In this document: positions 23,594-37,349 of the stretch, one piece after another
How positions within the stretch are numbered: the stretch's first letter is position 1
Layout: every line of letters starts with the position of its first letter
Assembly: GCF_018350175.1 (NCBI RefSeq)
Contig: NC_058368.1
Span: forward strand, 40,922,001 to 40,986,000
DNA length: 64,000 nucleotides
Reading direction: 5' to 3'
DNA from: Felis catus
Lineage: Eukaryota
Notes under the pieces: model-generated
What the model saw: only the letters and a program-made list of their open reading frames with translations
Database searches by the model: none
Told to the model about the DNA's origin: nothing
Made by a program: the position numbers and the translations under genes

Positions 23594-25496
23594 CTAGCCT
23601 ACTGAGGTGGGTTGTCATGGCGCTTTTAGGTGCGTATGCACATGCGCGGGAGTGTTGAAATAGCCTCACCTAGGTACCCAGTCTCGCATGGAACTTTTCT
23701 CTCAGATCAGCAATCATGTACCCATCCTCTGTCATCAGCTTTCCTCCACTCCCCGGTTTTTCACTGTCCGTGACCAGGCCCCAGGCAGTACGTCTCTCCC
23801 AAGTTTTGTCTCAGATGCGGCTGTTTTCCCTGGCTCCTTACTTGGAAGGACTTCGGCTTTGGCCCGTTCCGCCGCTCTGCGGGAGGGTCTCACCCAGCAA
23901 TGGCCGAATGAGCAATGTCTGAATGTCGGCTGCACCCAGGAACGCTTGCTGGACCCTGCTGCTGCCGGTGCCCCGAGACTGCGGCCAGGTGCCAGCCCAT
24001 CCCAAAAACGTTTGCGAGAAAGTGTAGCAGCAGCGTTTCAGGGATTATGGAAAATCACAACACACACCTGGCACCAGGCTTCACCCTTAACGACCTTGCC
24101 CCAGCACCAGCGAATGTGGTCATTTTCTGCAGTCTGCTGGGACCAGGTGGCTTCAACAGTCTCTACCAAATGTCCTTCCAGCAGTGGAACTGCTTTTCCC
24201 CGTGTCGCCTGAGAACCTCCCGGATCCCATTCTGCTCCTGGGGATTCGCCCTTCCCAGCAGAGCACCGCCAGGTATGGAGCTGGGGAGTTGCAGCCTTTG
24301 CACTCCCCTTGTTTACAGTCTTAATGGAATTTAAACCCTCTCCTTTCTCCTTTCCTCTTTCTCCCTTTTCAGTTCAGTCCCTGCAGCTGTTTCCAATTTT
24401 CCACTTTCTCTCCAGCTGCTTTTGGGGGGGGGGTGCTTTTCCCGTATTCTCCCCACCATCTCCGTGCTGTCTCCTCCCGCAAAAGTACCTCTCTGCCCTC
24501 CGCAGCTTCTCTCCCCAAGTTCACCTCTCCACACTGTGTACCTGTTGAATTCTGTGGTTCAGGTTGTGCAGATTGTCGTGTTAATCCTGCAGTTTTCTAG
24601 GTGTGCAGGGTGGTTTAGTGTTGGTTTGTCTGTTTTTTATGAATGTGAGACACACAAAAAACTTCCATGCTGTTCCACCATCTTTCCTCCCCCAGATTCA
24701 TTTGGTTTTCTAATAAGAAAGCTTTGGATGAAATAGACTCTGATTATCTAAGAAACCATATTCTAGTATTTGCGGGCATAATTACTCTGTGATCATAATA
24801 TTTAGAGCTATTGTTCTGAATCAACTTAGAGTAACAGGATAATCTTGCTACACCATTCTTGGAAGAATTTATGTATCTATGAAATGTTCTTTTCGAAAAC
24901 ATCTAAACTGAACTTTAAAAACACATACTGATTTTACAAGGTAGGTCTGTACACTCAACTTTCTGTCTCCTACTCTTAAAAAACACCAACTTATAACTGT
25001 GTTCAAAACACGGAATTCATAACTGTCACGTTGACGAAGTTAAATGAACTTCTATTTTAGCTCTCTGAAATTCAAAAGTGATTGTGTTATTTTTCCTCTG
25101 ACTCTAATTGTGCATCTAGCTCTCACTTGCAAAGCTGTTGTCTTATAAGGTTATGATAGAAAAATATTTTTCTCTGGACTCAGTCACGTTTTCACAGAAG
25201 CACATAAACTGATAACCAGAGTAACACCTTCTTTAATTATGTCTCCAAACACTTCATTACAATAAACACTCATCTTTATATATAAAACAAAGATAGGCTC
25301 TACAAAGAAAAAAAATAAAGATTTGAAAACTTAAAAAGAAATAGTGTCTTTAAAAAAATTTTTTTTGTTTGTGTCTTTACATCCTTGTTATCAATTCTAG
25401 TATACAGGTTTGACATTAAAGTATCTATGTAGCACAGATCCATTTGGGTCTAGTTAGTTAGCATCATCTTAGTGAAACTGTTGGTAAGCTAAATTT

Positions 25497-25842
25497 AGCA
25501 AAATTTATTTTGATATGGGAACTAATAATGCCATGTATGCACCAAGAGAATGTGAAGAGAGTTATTACTCACATAATGAAACTCTCTGGGCATCACAGGG
25601 GAAGCCCTAAAGCAGGTCTGAAAATGGCAAAGAAAGCAGAGAAAGAAGACTGATGTGACTACTGTGAAGGCCCTTCCTGTACGGAAAGAGGGAGGGGGAT
25701 GAAATTTCATGGTTTGAACCTTTTGGAACAGAAGAGGCTGCATTCCAGCTTTCTTGTCAGCTTGCCTGGATTTGGGGCAGAAGGGAAAGAGGAAGCTTCA
25801 AGCCTTTATCAGCCATCAAAAAATGGAGATAGACTCTATTAT
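25497..25842 (-). mobile_element. ERVL solo LTR (MER74/MER54-like)
   Basis: Minus strand reads taatagagtct..ctccatttt..cccttctgcccca.atc.aggcaagctga.aagaaagc..cattatgtgagtaataa..ctcttggtgca. Confidence 0.7.
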
Positions 25843-26131
25843 AGCAGGAGATGAGAAATGTGCACATTTCTTATACTTTGGAGACAGTGACTCTATCTTA
25901 GTAGCAATTATGACACCAATCTAACTTTTATTATTTTAAATACATAGTTAAGTATACTGAAGAGCAGGAATTCACCTATCCTATTCACCACAATTAATTT
26001 GTTTTTATCATTTTTTTTTTGTTTTCATGCTAAAATGCCTTGCTATGCCAGGAAAGAATGCCACATATAGATACGTCTATGGCTACATCTTGGTAGCATT
26101 TCACTCTTTACCTCTGTAAAGAAATAATTTT

Positions 26132-28812
26132 TTTTAATATATGAAATTTATTGTCAAATTAGTTTCCATACAACACCCTGTGCTCATCTCAAAAGATGCC
26201 CTCTTCAATGCCCATCACCTATCCTCCTCTCCCTCCCACCCCCCCATCAACCCTCAGTTTGTTCTCAGTTTTTAAAAGTCTCTTATGCTTTGGCTCTCTC
26301 CCACTCTAACCTCTTTTTTTTCCTTCCCCTCCCCCATGGGTTTCTGTTAAGTTTCTCAGGATCCACATAAGAGTGAAACCATATGGTATCTGTCTTTCTC
26401 TGTATGGCTTATTTCACTTAGCATCACACTCTCCAGTTCCATCCACGTTGCTACAGAGGGCTATATTTCATTCCTTCTCATTGCCACATAGTACTCCATT
26501 GTGTATATAAACCACAATTTCTTTATCCATTCATCAGTTGATGGACATTTAGGCTCTTTCCACAATTTGGCTATTGTTGAGAGTGCTGCTATAAACATTG
26601 GGGTACATGTGTCCCTATGCATCAGTACTCCTGTATCCCTTGGGTAAATTCCTAGCAGTGCTACTGCTGGGTCATAAGGTAGGTCTATTTTTAATTTTTT
26701 GAGGAACCTCCACACTGTTTTCCAGAGTGGCTGCACCAGTTTGCATTCCCACCAACAGTGCAAGAGGGTTCCCGTTTCTCCACATCCTCACCAGCATCTA
26801 TAGTCTCCTGATTTGTTCATTTTGGCCACTCTGACTGGCGTGAGGTGATATCTGAGTGTGGTTTTGATTTCTATTTCCCTGATGAGGAGCGATGTTGAGC
26901 ATCTTTTCATGTGCCTGTTGGCCATCCGGATGTCTTCTTTAGAGAAGTGTCTATTCGTGTTTCTGCCCATTTCTTCACTGGATTATTTGTTTTTCGGGTG
27001 TGGAGTTTGGTGAGCTCTTTATAGATTTTGGATACTAGCCCTTTGTCCGATATGTCATTTGCAAATATCTTTTCCCATTCTGTTCGTTGCCTTTTAGTTT
27101 TGTTGGTTGTTTCCTTTGCTGTGCAGAAGCTTTTTATCTTCATAAGGTCCCAGTAGTCATTTTTGCTTTTAATTCCCTTGCCTCTGGGGATGTGTCAAAT
27201 AAGAAATTGCTGCGGCTGAGGTCAGAGAGGTCTTTTCCTGCTTTCTCCTCTAAGGTTTTGATGGTTTCCTGTCTCACATTCAGGTCCTTTATCCATTTTG
27301 TGGTTATTTTTGTGAATGGTGTGAGAAAGTGGTCTAGTTTCAACCTTCTGCATGTTGCTGTCCAATTATCCCAGCGCCATTTGCTAAAGAGACTGTCTTT
27401 TTTCCATTGGATGTTCTTTCCTGCTTTGTCAAAGATTAGTTGGCCATACTTTTGTGGGCCTAGTTCTGGGGTTTCTATTCTATTCCATTGGTCTATGTGT
27501 CTGTTTTTGTGCCAATACCATGCTGTCTTGATGATTACAGCTCTGTAGTAGAGGCTAAAGTCTGGGATTGTGATGCCTCCTGCTTTGGTCTTCTTCTTCA
27601 AAATTACTTTGGCTATTCGGGGCCTTTTGTGGTTCCATATGAATTTTAGGATGGCTTGTTGTAGCTTCGAGAAGAATGCTGGTGCAATTTTGATTGGATT
27701 GCATTGAATGTGTAGATAACTTTGGGTAGTATTGACATTTTAACAATATTTATTCTTCCAATCCATGAGCAGGGAATGTCTTTCCATTTCTTTATATCTT
27801 CTTCAATTTCCTTCATAAACTCTCTATAGTTTTCAGCATACAGATCTTGTATATCTTTGGTTAGATTTATCCCTAGGTATCTTATGCTTCTTGGTGCAAT
27901 TGTGAATGGGATCAGTTTCTTTATTTGTCTTTCTGTTGCTTCATTATTAGTGTATAAGAATGCAACTGATTTCTGTACATTCATTTTGTATCCTGCAACT
28001 TTGCTGAATTCATGTATCAGTTCTAGCAGACTTTTGGTGGAGTCTATCAGATTTTCCATGTATAATATCATGTCATCTGCAAAAAGCGAAAGCTTGACTT
28101 CATCTTTGCCAATTTTGATGCCTTTGATTTCCTTTTGTTGTCTGATTGCTGATGCTAGAACTACTAACACTATGTTAAACAGCAGCGGTGAGAGTGGGCA
28201 TCCTTGTTGTGTTCCTGATCTCAGGGAAAAAGCTCTCAGTTTTTCCTCATTAAGGATGATGTTAGCTGTGGGCTTTTCATAAATGGCTTTATGATCTTTA
28301 AGTATGTTCCTTCTGTCCCGACTTTCTCGAGGGTTTTTATTAAGAAAGGGTGCTGAATTTTGTCAAATGCCTTTTCTGCATCTATTGACAGGATCATATG
28401 GTTCTTATCTTTTCTTGTATTAATGTGATGTATCACGTTGATTGATTTGCGAATGTTGAACCAGCCCTGCATCCCAGGAATGAATCCCACTTGATCATGG
28501 TGAATAATTCTTTTTATATGCTGTTGAATTCGATTTGCTAGTATCTTATTGAGAATTTTTGCATCCAGATTCATCAGGGATATTGGCCTGTAGTTCTCTT
28601 TTTTTTACTGGGTCTCTGTCTGATTTAGGAATCAAAGTAATACTGGCTTCATAGAATGAGTCTGGAAGTTGTCCTTCTCTTTCCATTTTTTGGGAATAGC
28701 TTGAGAAGGATAGGTATTATGTCTGCTTTAAATGTCTGGAAGAATTCCCCAGGGAAGCCATCTGGTCCTGGACTCTTATTTGTTGGGAGATTTTTGATAA
28801 CTGATTCAATTT
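26132..28812 (-). mobile_element. Young 5'-truncated cat-type L1 (L1_Fc-like), ~2.7 kb
   Basis: RT to C-terminus of ORF2 with intact LFADDMILY but several frameshifts; perfect 17-bp TSD tgtaaagaaataatttt at 26115-26131 and 28813-28829. Confidence 0.98.
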
Positions 28813-30499
28813 TGTAAAGAAATAATTTTACCAAATGTGGGATCAGGCTATTCAGAACATGAGATGTGGTAAGCCCTAGAAAATAGTCTTTACCCAAAAT
28901 CATACTCCCTATTGAGATACTACTGTACCAAAAATTCCCACATTAGATGTTCATATGATGGATGAATAAATTATTGGTGTATCACAATATCATATTGGAA
29001 AATGAGTATTCACTCTTACAAGCAATCACATCCACCAATGGCGACTATCTTTACATATTATTTTGTTGGTATTTCAATTCATTATTGAATTATGGATATT
29101 TTAATTTATCTACTATATACAGGGAAGATTTCTAAAGGATTTATTATGGTTTCAATAAACAGCTAAACCAATAAGACTGACTATCCTTCTTTTATTTTAC
29201 TGTTGCCAGGTTTAACACAGATAACACATCGTATCACTACAATTCAATGTATAGTTATTAGTGTTTTTCTTCCTTCAGTGTAGTTGGGACCAATCAGTAG
29301 TGAGAAGTGGTAAGGATTTTGAGATAAAAGTTAAGGTGGGGGAAAAAATAGTAACTTGCCAAAGAACAATGAATCAATATCTGTATACTTCCCAGTTTAT
29401 TTTGACTATAAATCTGTTTATTCAAGCACAGACAGTTCAATGGAAAAAACAATTTTTCCCCCAAACAACACTTTAAAAGTCCTGTGTATACTGAGTAGAA
29501 AACAATATGATTTTTTAAAGGACATTTTGGCCAAATATTAGGCCCTAAATTATTTGATTATTTTTAAATAGAGCACTAAAGGAAAGGTTCAGAATTTCAA
29601 GTGATAAGCTGCTGTCAAAAAGGTTTATCAACAAGTCCTTCTTAATTTTCTATTCAAGGTAACATTGAGATAATCAGATCCTATTTTTTCTAATTTCTTA
29701 GACCCTTGTTGATGATTTCTCACTTTTTGAAATGCTTGAGAAGCTCAAGCAGAACTGAAGATAGATGTTCAAAATGAATGGATCTCACAATGTTTCCAAA
29801 AACTAGGTTTGTCCACTGTCAGGACCAGGAATGTGAACTTGTTGCTACGTACTCCTTTTGAAATGACTTTCCTTTGTCTTTTGTTCCCAAGATGATTAAT
29901 AACGAGGTTATATGTTTCAATTTGTATTTCTTAATTGGGACATCAAAAACGATATTCTCTGATCTATAATATACTATATCTCACAATATATTAAAAATAT
30001 GAAAATTGGTGCTATATTCCTATTCAGTTGTTAAAATATATATGTTAAGTGGATAAATATTGACATTAGACCTCACTTTAATGTGATCTCTTTGTTAGGG
30101 CTCAAAATTCCATGTCTCCAAATGAGAAAAATACCCTGCTTAACCTGCTAAGGCAAGGTCATTTCAGAGTCCAGCAAGAAAAGTTGTTAGTAAATAATTA
30201 CTTATGTGTCTTCTAGTTGATATATTTAAGTCTGTGAATATTTATTAGTGAATAATACATTTTTACATTACACTTTCTTAAAAATATGTAAAACAGATTA
30301 TTTAGATACATTCTTGCTTCAGTGATTTCTTGATTCATACACTTTTTATTTGAGATGTGCAGTTAGCACTTGATTATCAGAAATTATTTAACCTATTTGT
30401 TTTTTAACATACATTAAACAATATTTTAATGGTTTAAAAATTAAACACTTTAAATGTAGAAACTCTACATTTCTAAATATACAAGTGAATAACAAATGG

Positions 30500-30635
30500 T
30501 TGGTTATCTATCCATTTGTTACGGTCTGTCTTAAGGCTATATATACGGATGAATTCATTTAATCTTCACAACCATCCTATTATGTGGAGATTTTTATTAC
30601 CTCCTTTCAAAACTTGTAGGCAGGGAAGTTAAGAT
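30500..30635 (-). mobile_element. MIR fragment
   Basis: tcatttaatcttcacaaccatccta..attacctcc..tt..ggaagttaag. Confidence 0.6.
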
Positions 30636-31989
30636 CGATTTTCATACCTGAAATGAAGCAAATTGCAAAACCTATAATGTTGAATTCATTGGCTGTAGAT
30701 GATACAACAATGTTAATGAACAGATAGCCATCCCCAACTAGAAACTGGTATCCTTTTTATGAGCTGGTGAAGCATTATATCGGTTACTGCTATACTTTGG
30801 GTCTTAGAATATAGGCTGAGAAAGGCTGTAGTACTAAAATCTATGATAGGAAAAAAAAATTTGGAATGTGTAGGTAGATTCATCAACACATTCAACAAGT
30901 CCTTTAAGAGACATTTGCTCTCAGACTAGAAGTAATCAATTTGAAATAATTGGGAAATTATTGGGAATAATTGGGAAATAATGTTTCCCAAAATAGTCAT
31001 CTCTGCCTATATCCTGCCATCTTAAATTGATGAAGAGTCTCCAAATTTACAGCTTTGGGGGTATGAAAAATACAAATTTTGCAAACCAAAACAAAGGTAA
31101 TAAATGCTGCAGCAAAAGATTAAATCTTAGTTTTAGCATTTTGTTAATAAATATGTAACATTAAAAAATCTTTGCCAAGCAAAATGTAGATTAAGAGCAT
31201 TGCCTTTTGACAAAAGGTTATTGTTTTAAAATACTTCAAAGCAGTGTCCATTAAGCTAACCTAAGACTAATGAAAGAGAAGAATATATAAAATAATTAAA
31301 AAAAATAAGAAAATACAAGCAGAAACAAAACAAACCCTCAGGCTTAAAAGCTATGTCTAAAATCTCATTGTCTGTGGTTATGAAGTATTGGAAGGAACTA
31401 TAATGCAGAACGAACAAATGGCTAGCAAACAATCAAACAAAAACAAAACTAGCTAGACACTTCCTGTGACTCTTGAACACATAAAGCATTATTTGGACCC
31501 ATGAATTTTCATTAGTAGAAATGGACTGTGAAAGTTATGTGTTCCCCAAAAAAGATACGTCTCAGTTGTATTTCTGAAGGATAACAAATAGGAGAGATCA
31601 TCTCAGAAAGTAGAACTAAAAAACAAATCCACTGTTATACCAGTGAGTCTTCATAATTCTTGTCAATCATAATTTCATATATACTCCTTGATGTTTCTTA
31701 AACTCTTCATTCTGAACAGATGATTCATTGCAGTTATCAGGTTGCATCTCCATCATTATGTATTGGTGATATTTGGGGAGATAGATGCCTTTTGGCTATG
31801 GTGCATCAATACATGGAACCATTTCTGGACTTGATAGAGTCTAGGATCCCTGAAGATAATGGAACTCAAACAAAAGCTCTATAAGACTTTGTTTACTTTG
31901 GAGGTGAATGGAAAGGAATGTATTTCCTGAAACTTGTGTGTGTAAAATAAAATATGTGTGTGTATCTTGGGTAGATAAAGGAACAGAAC

Positions 31990-32290
31990 CCTACAGACAC
32001 TTAATTGCCTATCCACTAAGTGTTCTCATTCTTCTTTATCAGTAAAATTCCAATTTTGCTCAGGGTAACACTGAGCCCAGCTTAAGGAAATAGGTCATAA
32101 ATTGGTATAACCCAATCATGTAACCCCAATTAGCAGGATCCCCTCTGTTGCTTTTGCTAAGGATGGCACTATATCCAGTTCTGGCCTGTGAGATCTAAGT
32201 GGAAAGGTGGTGGGGTGGGGTGGAGGTGGGGTGGGGTGGAGCTGGCAGTGTTCCTAGGAAAATTTAACATTTCTGATTAAGGGGAACAGG
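31990..32290 (+). mobile_element. MaLR LTR (MLT1J/K-like) fragment containing (GGGGT)n
   Basis: ccaatcatg..ccc; ccagttctggcctgtgagatctaagtggaa. Confidence 0.55.
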
Positions 32291-32821
32291 AGATTTCTTC
32301 AATTTTGCAGTCTTCTTTGAGTGTTGTGCTAATGGCAAAATCTTTCTTAAGTGAATGTTAAATTATAGAATATACTGTAAGTTAAACATATACCAATAGA
32401 TTTGAGACCTAACTACAGCCAGAATGACTCCAGATCCCATTTTTTTTTCAATCCACTATATTCATTTGCACCCTGGCAGAGATAATTCTTAACAAGAATA
32501 TAGATGCCATAGAGCATTCATTTCCTAAGGTAATAGCTTTGAAAGGATATGCAATGTCCCTTTTGCCTATTTTTAAAAATACATGTTTTAAATATATGTT
32601 CTTAACAATCTACCAATTTAAATAATAAATAATCTCTGAAGACTGCTATTGATCACATGAAATTGAAGATTTCCTCATGTTTTGGATTATTTATGTAGAT
32701 ACAGTAAGAGATGTTAATTAACCAAAGAAATCCCCTTAACCACATTGTATTGAGCAGCTCCTGATGTCAGAAAATTAATGTCCATCTAGAAATATCATTC
32801 TGAATGCATGTTGGACTTTTT

Positions 32822-33049
32822 GTTTGTTTTAATTTTGTTTTAATTTTTTTAATGCTTATTTGTTTTTGAGAGAGACAGCACGTGAGGGAGGGAGGGAAAG
32901 AGAAAGAGAGATACCCAGAATCTGGAGCGGGCACCAGGTTCTGAGCTGTCTGCACAGAGCCTGATGAGGGGCTGGAGAACCCTCCAACCGTGAGATCATG
33001 ACCTGAGATGAAATTGGACATTTAACTGACTGAGCCACCCAGGTACCCC
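32822..33049 (-). mobile_element. Can-SINE
   Basis: Reverse head; TSD ttggacttttt. Confidence 0.95.
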
Positions 33050-33199
33050 TGATTGGACTTTTTAAAGCCTCACTTACTTACTCTTTTATCCTGTTAATAG
33101 GAACTCAACCCCCTCCATGAGGTTTCATCTGTAGTATCTGTAGATTTTGATCAAGTCTTGTTTTTCTAAGATCACCAAAATTGTGAAGTTTGCTGACTC

Positions 33200-33565
33200 G
33201 CCAGGAACTAATTATTATCTCTGAGGCTGCAGTCCTGTCATTCATAGAATATGACTGGTGAATTGTCCCTTACTGTCGGTGAGACGCCTGGCTGAGGTTA
33301 TTAGCCAGGGTCCTCAGTTTCCCGTGAAGTGTTCCTTTAACATGGCTAGATTAGGATTCTCATAGTGTGGCCATCTTGGGAAAGTTAGACTTTGTGTATA
33401 GTAGCTAGCTTCCCCCAAAGTGTAAAAGTGTAAGCTGTTAGACTTTCTTAAGGTTCAAACCAGTCTCACTGGTAAAAGCAAGTCACAGGCAAGTCCCCTA
33501 TTCAAAAGAAGACTGCACAAGAATGTGAATATCAGAAAGTATGGCTCATGGCAGTCCACCAAAGT
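33200..33565 (-). mobile_element. MaLR LTR (MLT1-like) fragment
   Basis: cctcagtttc..catggct..ttctcatagtgtggcc..ggtaaaagcaagtcacaggc..gactgcacaagaatgtgaata. Confidence 0.6.
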
Positions 33566-34119
33566 ATTTTGTTTTTGTATTATAAAATCTTAATGCCAAA
33601 TAGCCAACAAATAGATGTTCAAATGATAACTGAGTCAATAACAACAGAATCAGTAATTAAACTCCAGAGTTATAAAACCTACTGAAGTAGTTCCTATATA
33701 AGTATAGCCATGTATTAGAGATGACCATCCAAAATAAATATGATTAATATATTGAACTGCCTATCAGAAAGTTTGTCAATTTTAACAATATATCGTTAAT
33801 ATATATCATAATATATATGATTGATATCTGAAATTACAGATTGAGAAGAACATCCATTTTGATAATAGCATAATTGGAATATTAAACAGTTACTGTAGTG
33901 CTTCAGATTTTAGTCTACAGCTTTCTGTGCAGGAAGCTACAAAGTTTGATCAATTATGGCATGTTTAATGCATAAACAGGAAACAAATGCATTTTTAAAT
34001 GGAAGATATGTGAATGACTTACTAAATTAGGTAAAAATATAAGGTTATAAACAATTTGGAATTCATAAATGATTCCCTGAATGCCTAATAAGTTGAGAGT
34101 GATCTTGGTCAACTGATCA

Positions 34120-34248
34120 CAGCTTGTAAGTTTCCATCACATTATTAGCTCCATGAATCAGGCACCTAGTGGTTTCATCACTAAATCCTCAGTGCCCCAC
34201 ACATAGCCAGTCTTCAAAGTCATTTGTTTGTTGAGTAAATGAATGTAT
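34120..34248 (+). mobile_element. L2 3' end
   Basis: agctccatga..cagg..tcactaaatcctcagtgcc..acatag..ttgttgagtaaatgaatg. Confidence 0.55.
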
Positions 34249-37200
34249 AGCTAATGAAAAATCAGCTCAGTTTATTTTTTGAAAGGTAAATTATTTCTGT
34301 GTGTGCATGTTTGTGTTTCACTCTGTGAATATTAAAGATTCACCTTTTGCAAGCAGTAAGGATGGAGGTGGGAAAAATTGGAATTAAAAACACCAGAATA
34401 TGAAAAAATTTGAGAATATATGCCTATTTTAAAAGCAAGAAATTCAAATTATATATTTATATTATGCAAATAAAATAAATACCAAGAAGTATCCTTATAA
34501 GATATGCATAAGTTTTTGAATTAATAAAAAACAAGCATGATTAAATAAAAAATAAAGAAAATACTAGCATGAGACCAATTTCTATATACTGTTTCCATAA
34601 AAACCTAGAAATAATTAATTTGGACATACTTATATTAACATAAAATTCATTAAAGCAGTCAAGTTTCTGAAAAACATCTTCATACAAATTCAAAACATGT
34701 GTTTCCACATTCTGCCACAATTTCATTTTGACCTATTGTTCCCCAACATTTTCAAGGAACTCATTAACATTTCTCATTCTATACCTTGGAAAACATTTAC
34801 TTACATCTCATATACAAGAGCAATCTCCTTGAAATAACCTCTTGGAAACCTCCAATAAAAGGAATTATAACTTCATGATTATTCTATCAAAGACTAAAAA
34901 GGTTAACTTCCTATATTAACTATTTTTGATGGTATATAGAGAAATTCAAGACAACCAATGATTCTTTGAATCTGTTTTTCTTTCCATAGAAAAACAACAC
35001 ATTTCTCACCAAATTCCTTAATAAAATTTACGTAAAGAAAAATGAGAATATAACGTGAAACTCTCTGTTGAAATTTAATGCACATTAGAATCAGGAACAA
35101 ACCACAAATATTTCTCTTAAGTAAGGTACTAAAAACAGAACTTCAGTTTTCTCCTGTATCTCAAAAGTTCTAGTTACTTACTGTTTATTTTACTTGAATG
35201 AAAAAGGGAAAGAACCATCACTCTGTATTTAGTAAGTGTTTAATAAATGAACATAATACAGTCATTTTGGAATTTTATGCAAAATGCATCATCTTTTTTG
35301 CTTTTTCACTTGTTTAAAAAATAAAAATTATCTTTGATTTTTTTTTTATCTGTAGCAAAAAGTTCCTTAAAATTCTTACTATCTATCTGTAATGAATGAA
35401 TTTTTTAAACAGGGAAAATAATGTAGGAGATGTGCCATTTACCACACTAAATAATCATATTAACATATATTACTTAGTTATATAAAAATACACTTTAGAA
35501 ATAAGATCATCTTTACATGAATAAAATTGTTTTTGATTGTTTTATTCAATAAGCTCTGGTTACTTAGCCCAGTGTTCAAGGACTATCAGGGTAGAATGGA
35601 AGGCTAAAGTAAGAACCTTGACTTTTATAAGGCAAACAAGTTATTTTTGGAACATGGAATACATTCAAAAGAGTTTAAATAACAATGAGAAATCATTATT
35701 ATTGTATAAAATAATAGTTTTTTTGTCTCCATAACTACATATTAGTGACTTAGCAGTAGGAAGAACGTGCTTAGTGATTTAGATATATAAGATGAAATTA
35801 ATATATTTTTAACTATGCATGTCTAATCACAGTTTGGTTGATAATTTTGCATTTTCAAGATGGTATTGTTTCTTATTTCTATCTTCATGTCTTGCCAAGC
35901 AAGGCAAATGCTATTTGAAACAAGCAAAAAATAATTAATATTAAAAAAGAGTTATAATCCCCAAAGTACAGTATATTTCATCTCGAATGTCTGTTGCCAT
36001 TTCTGTCTCATCTTTTTTCCATTAGGAGTCAAACCTATTTTACAGTTTAAATTTGCCTTTTCTAAAATATCTTACAAATATGAATACATTAATTCCAGAA
36101 AATATACCAGTCTATTTTTTAATAGTTTTTCCTCTGAGATGAATATAAGAAAAGTAATTCTGAGATTTTTCTAAATAAAAAAATTAATGATATAATTTGA
36201 ATTTCATTAAAGTATTGATTTATTTTAGATATATTTGCATGAGCATATTTTTAAAATTTGAGAATAGAAAGATATGTTCAATAATGTCACATACATTTCA
36301 TAAATACATTTTTAGTAGCTGCATGACATTCTTTTCATTTTTTTAAACAAAAATGTGTTTTTAGGTACACATTAGGTTTTCAACAAATTTGGGGTGTTGA
36401 ATATGACACTTAAAATAAAGATACTATGTAGATCTTTCCTTTTGCAGAATTAATCATGTTAGAGCATAAACCACTTAATTTCTAGTTCTCAAATCACACT
36501 CTGATTGCTTTCATCAATTCATTTGACATATTATTGACACATGGACAGATTAAATGAAATGTTTCCACAAAAATTTGTAGGTGATATTTCTTGAGAGCAT
36601 TGTACCCTTTTGTTTCATTGAATAATATTTATGGAGTGCCTATCATGAACTGTCCTATAATAGTCAAAAACTTAAATGGAATGTTGAAAAAGTCAGACTT
36701 TTAGAACTCAGTGTCCAGAAATAACATACCCAAAAGCAATATACCTATGTTTATGTTTTGTAACAAAGTCTTGGCTCACCTGGTTTGCCTTCTCAGAGTA
36801 CAAAATAGTATACAAGTCTCTCGGTCTCTCAGAGAGGGTCCACCAACATGTGTGTAGACACCTAGATGATTGCTGCTCATTATTAATATAATGTATTTTT
36901 AAAGACTATACCTACTCTCAAAAGTGGAAAGGAATACATTATACTACAATTATATTTGGCAAATTAAGGATATGAAGTGATACTAAAATGAATGTCTAGT
37001 CCATATCACTAAGTATCAAGAAGAATAACACATGATTTCAACCAGATTCCCTCTTTGTCCCATCTTTCTGATGTCCCACACTGTTCTAATTGTACTACCT
37101 ATTTCTTGCTTCAAGAATTTATTTCTAAGCTCATGGTTTCTCTTTCTGCCATCACTGAAAATAAAGTATTTATGTACTGAATTATTAAAATTCGTTCCCA

Positions 37201-37249
37201 TAATAAGCTTGCCTGTCCTCCTTCCTTTCATCCGTTCATTTGTTCATTA

Positions 37250-37310
37250 GTTTCTTCCTTCCTTCCTTCCTTCCTTCCTTCCTTCCTTCCTTCCTTCCTT
37301 CCTTCTCTCT

Positions 37311-37349
<39 letters not shown>

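Larger units (their letters stand above)
17567..24693 (-). mobile_element. Full-length LINE-1 (~7.1 kb), inactivated
   Basis: 5' end ggggaggaaagatggtgg, GC/CpG-rich 5'UTR, ORF1, ORF2 (EN, RT, CCHC fragments in the ORF track), 3'UTR and poly(A); probable TSD atttgg(c/t)tttct at 17555-17566 and 24700-24711. Confidence 0.97.

Noticed and set aside
28649..28903. 84-aa chimeric ORF (flank plus KSPGPDG)
   Set aside because: Chance read-through across the L1 truncation junction, frameshifting soon after; no promoter or splice support
31690..31850. Possible exon after ttctgaacag (MIHCSYQ...)
   Set aside because: Short, stops early, no recognisable protein and no convincing donor site
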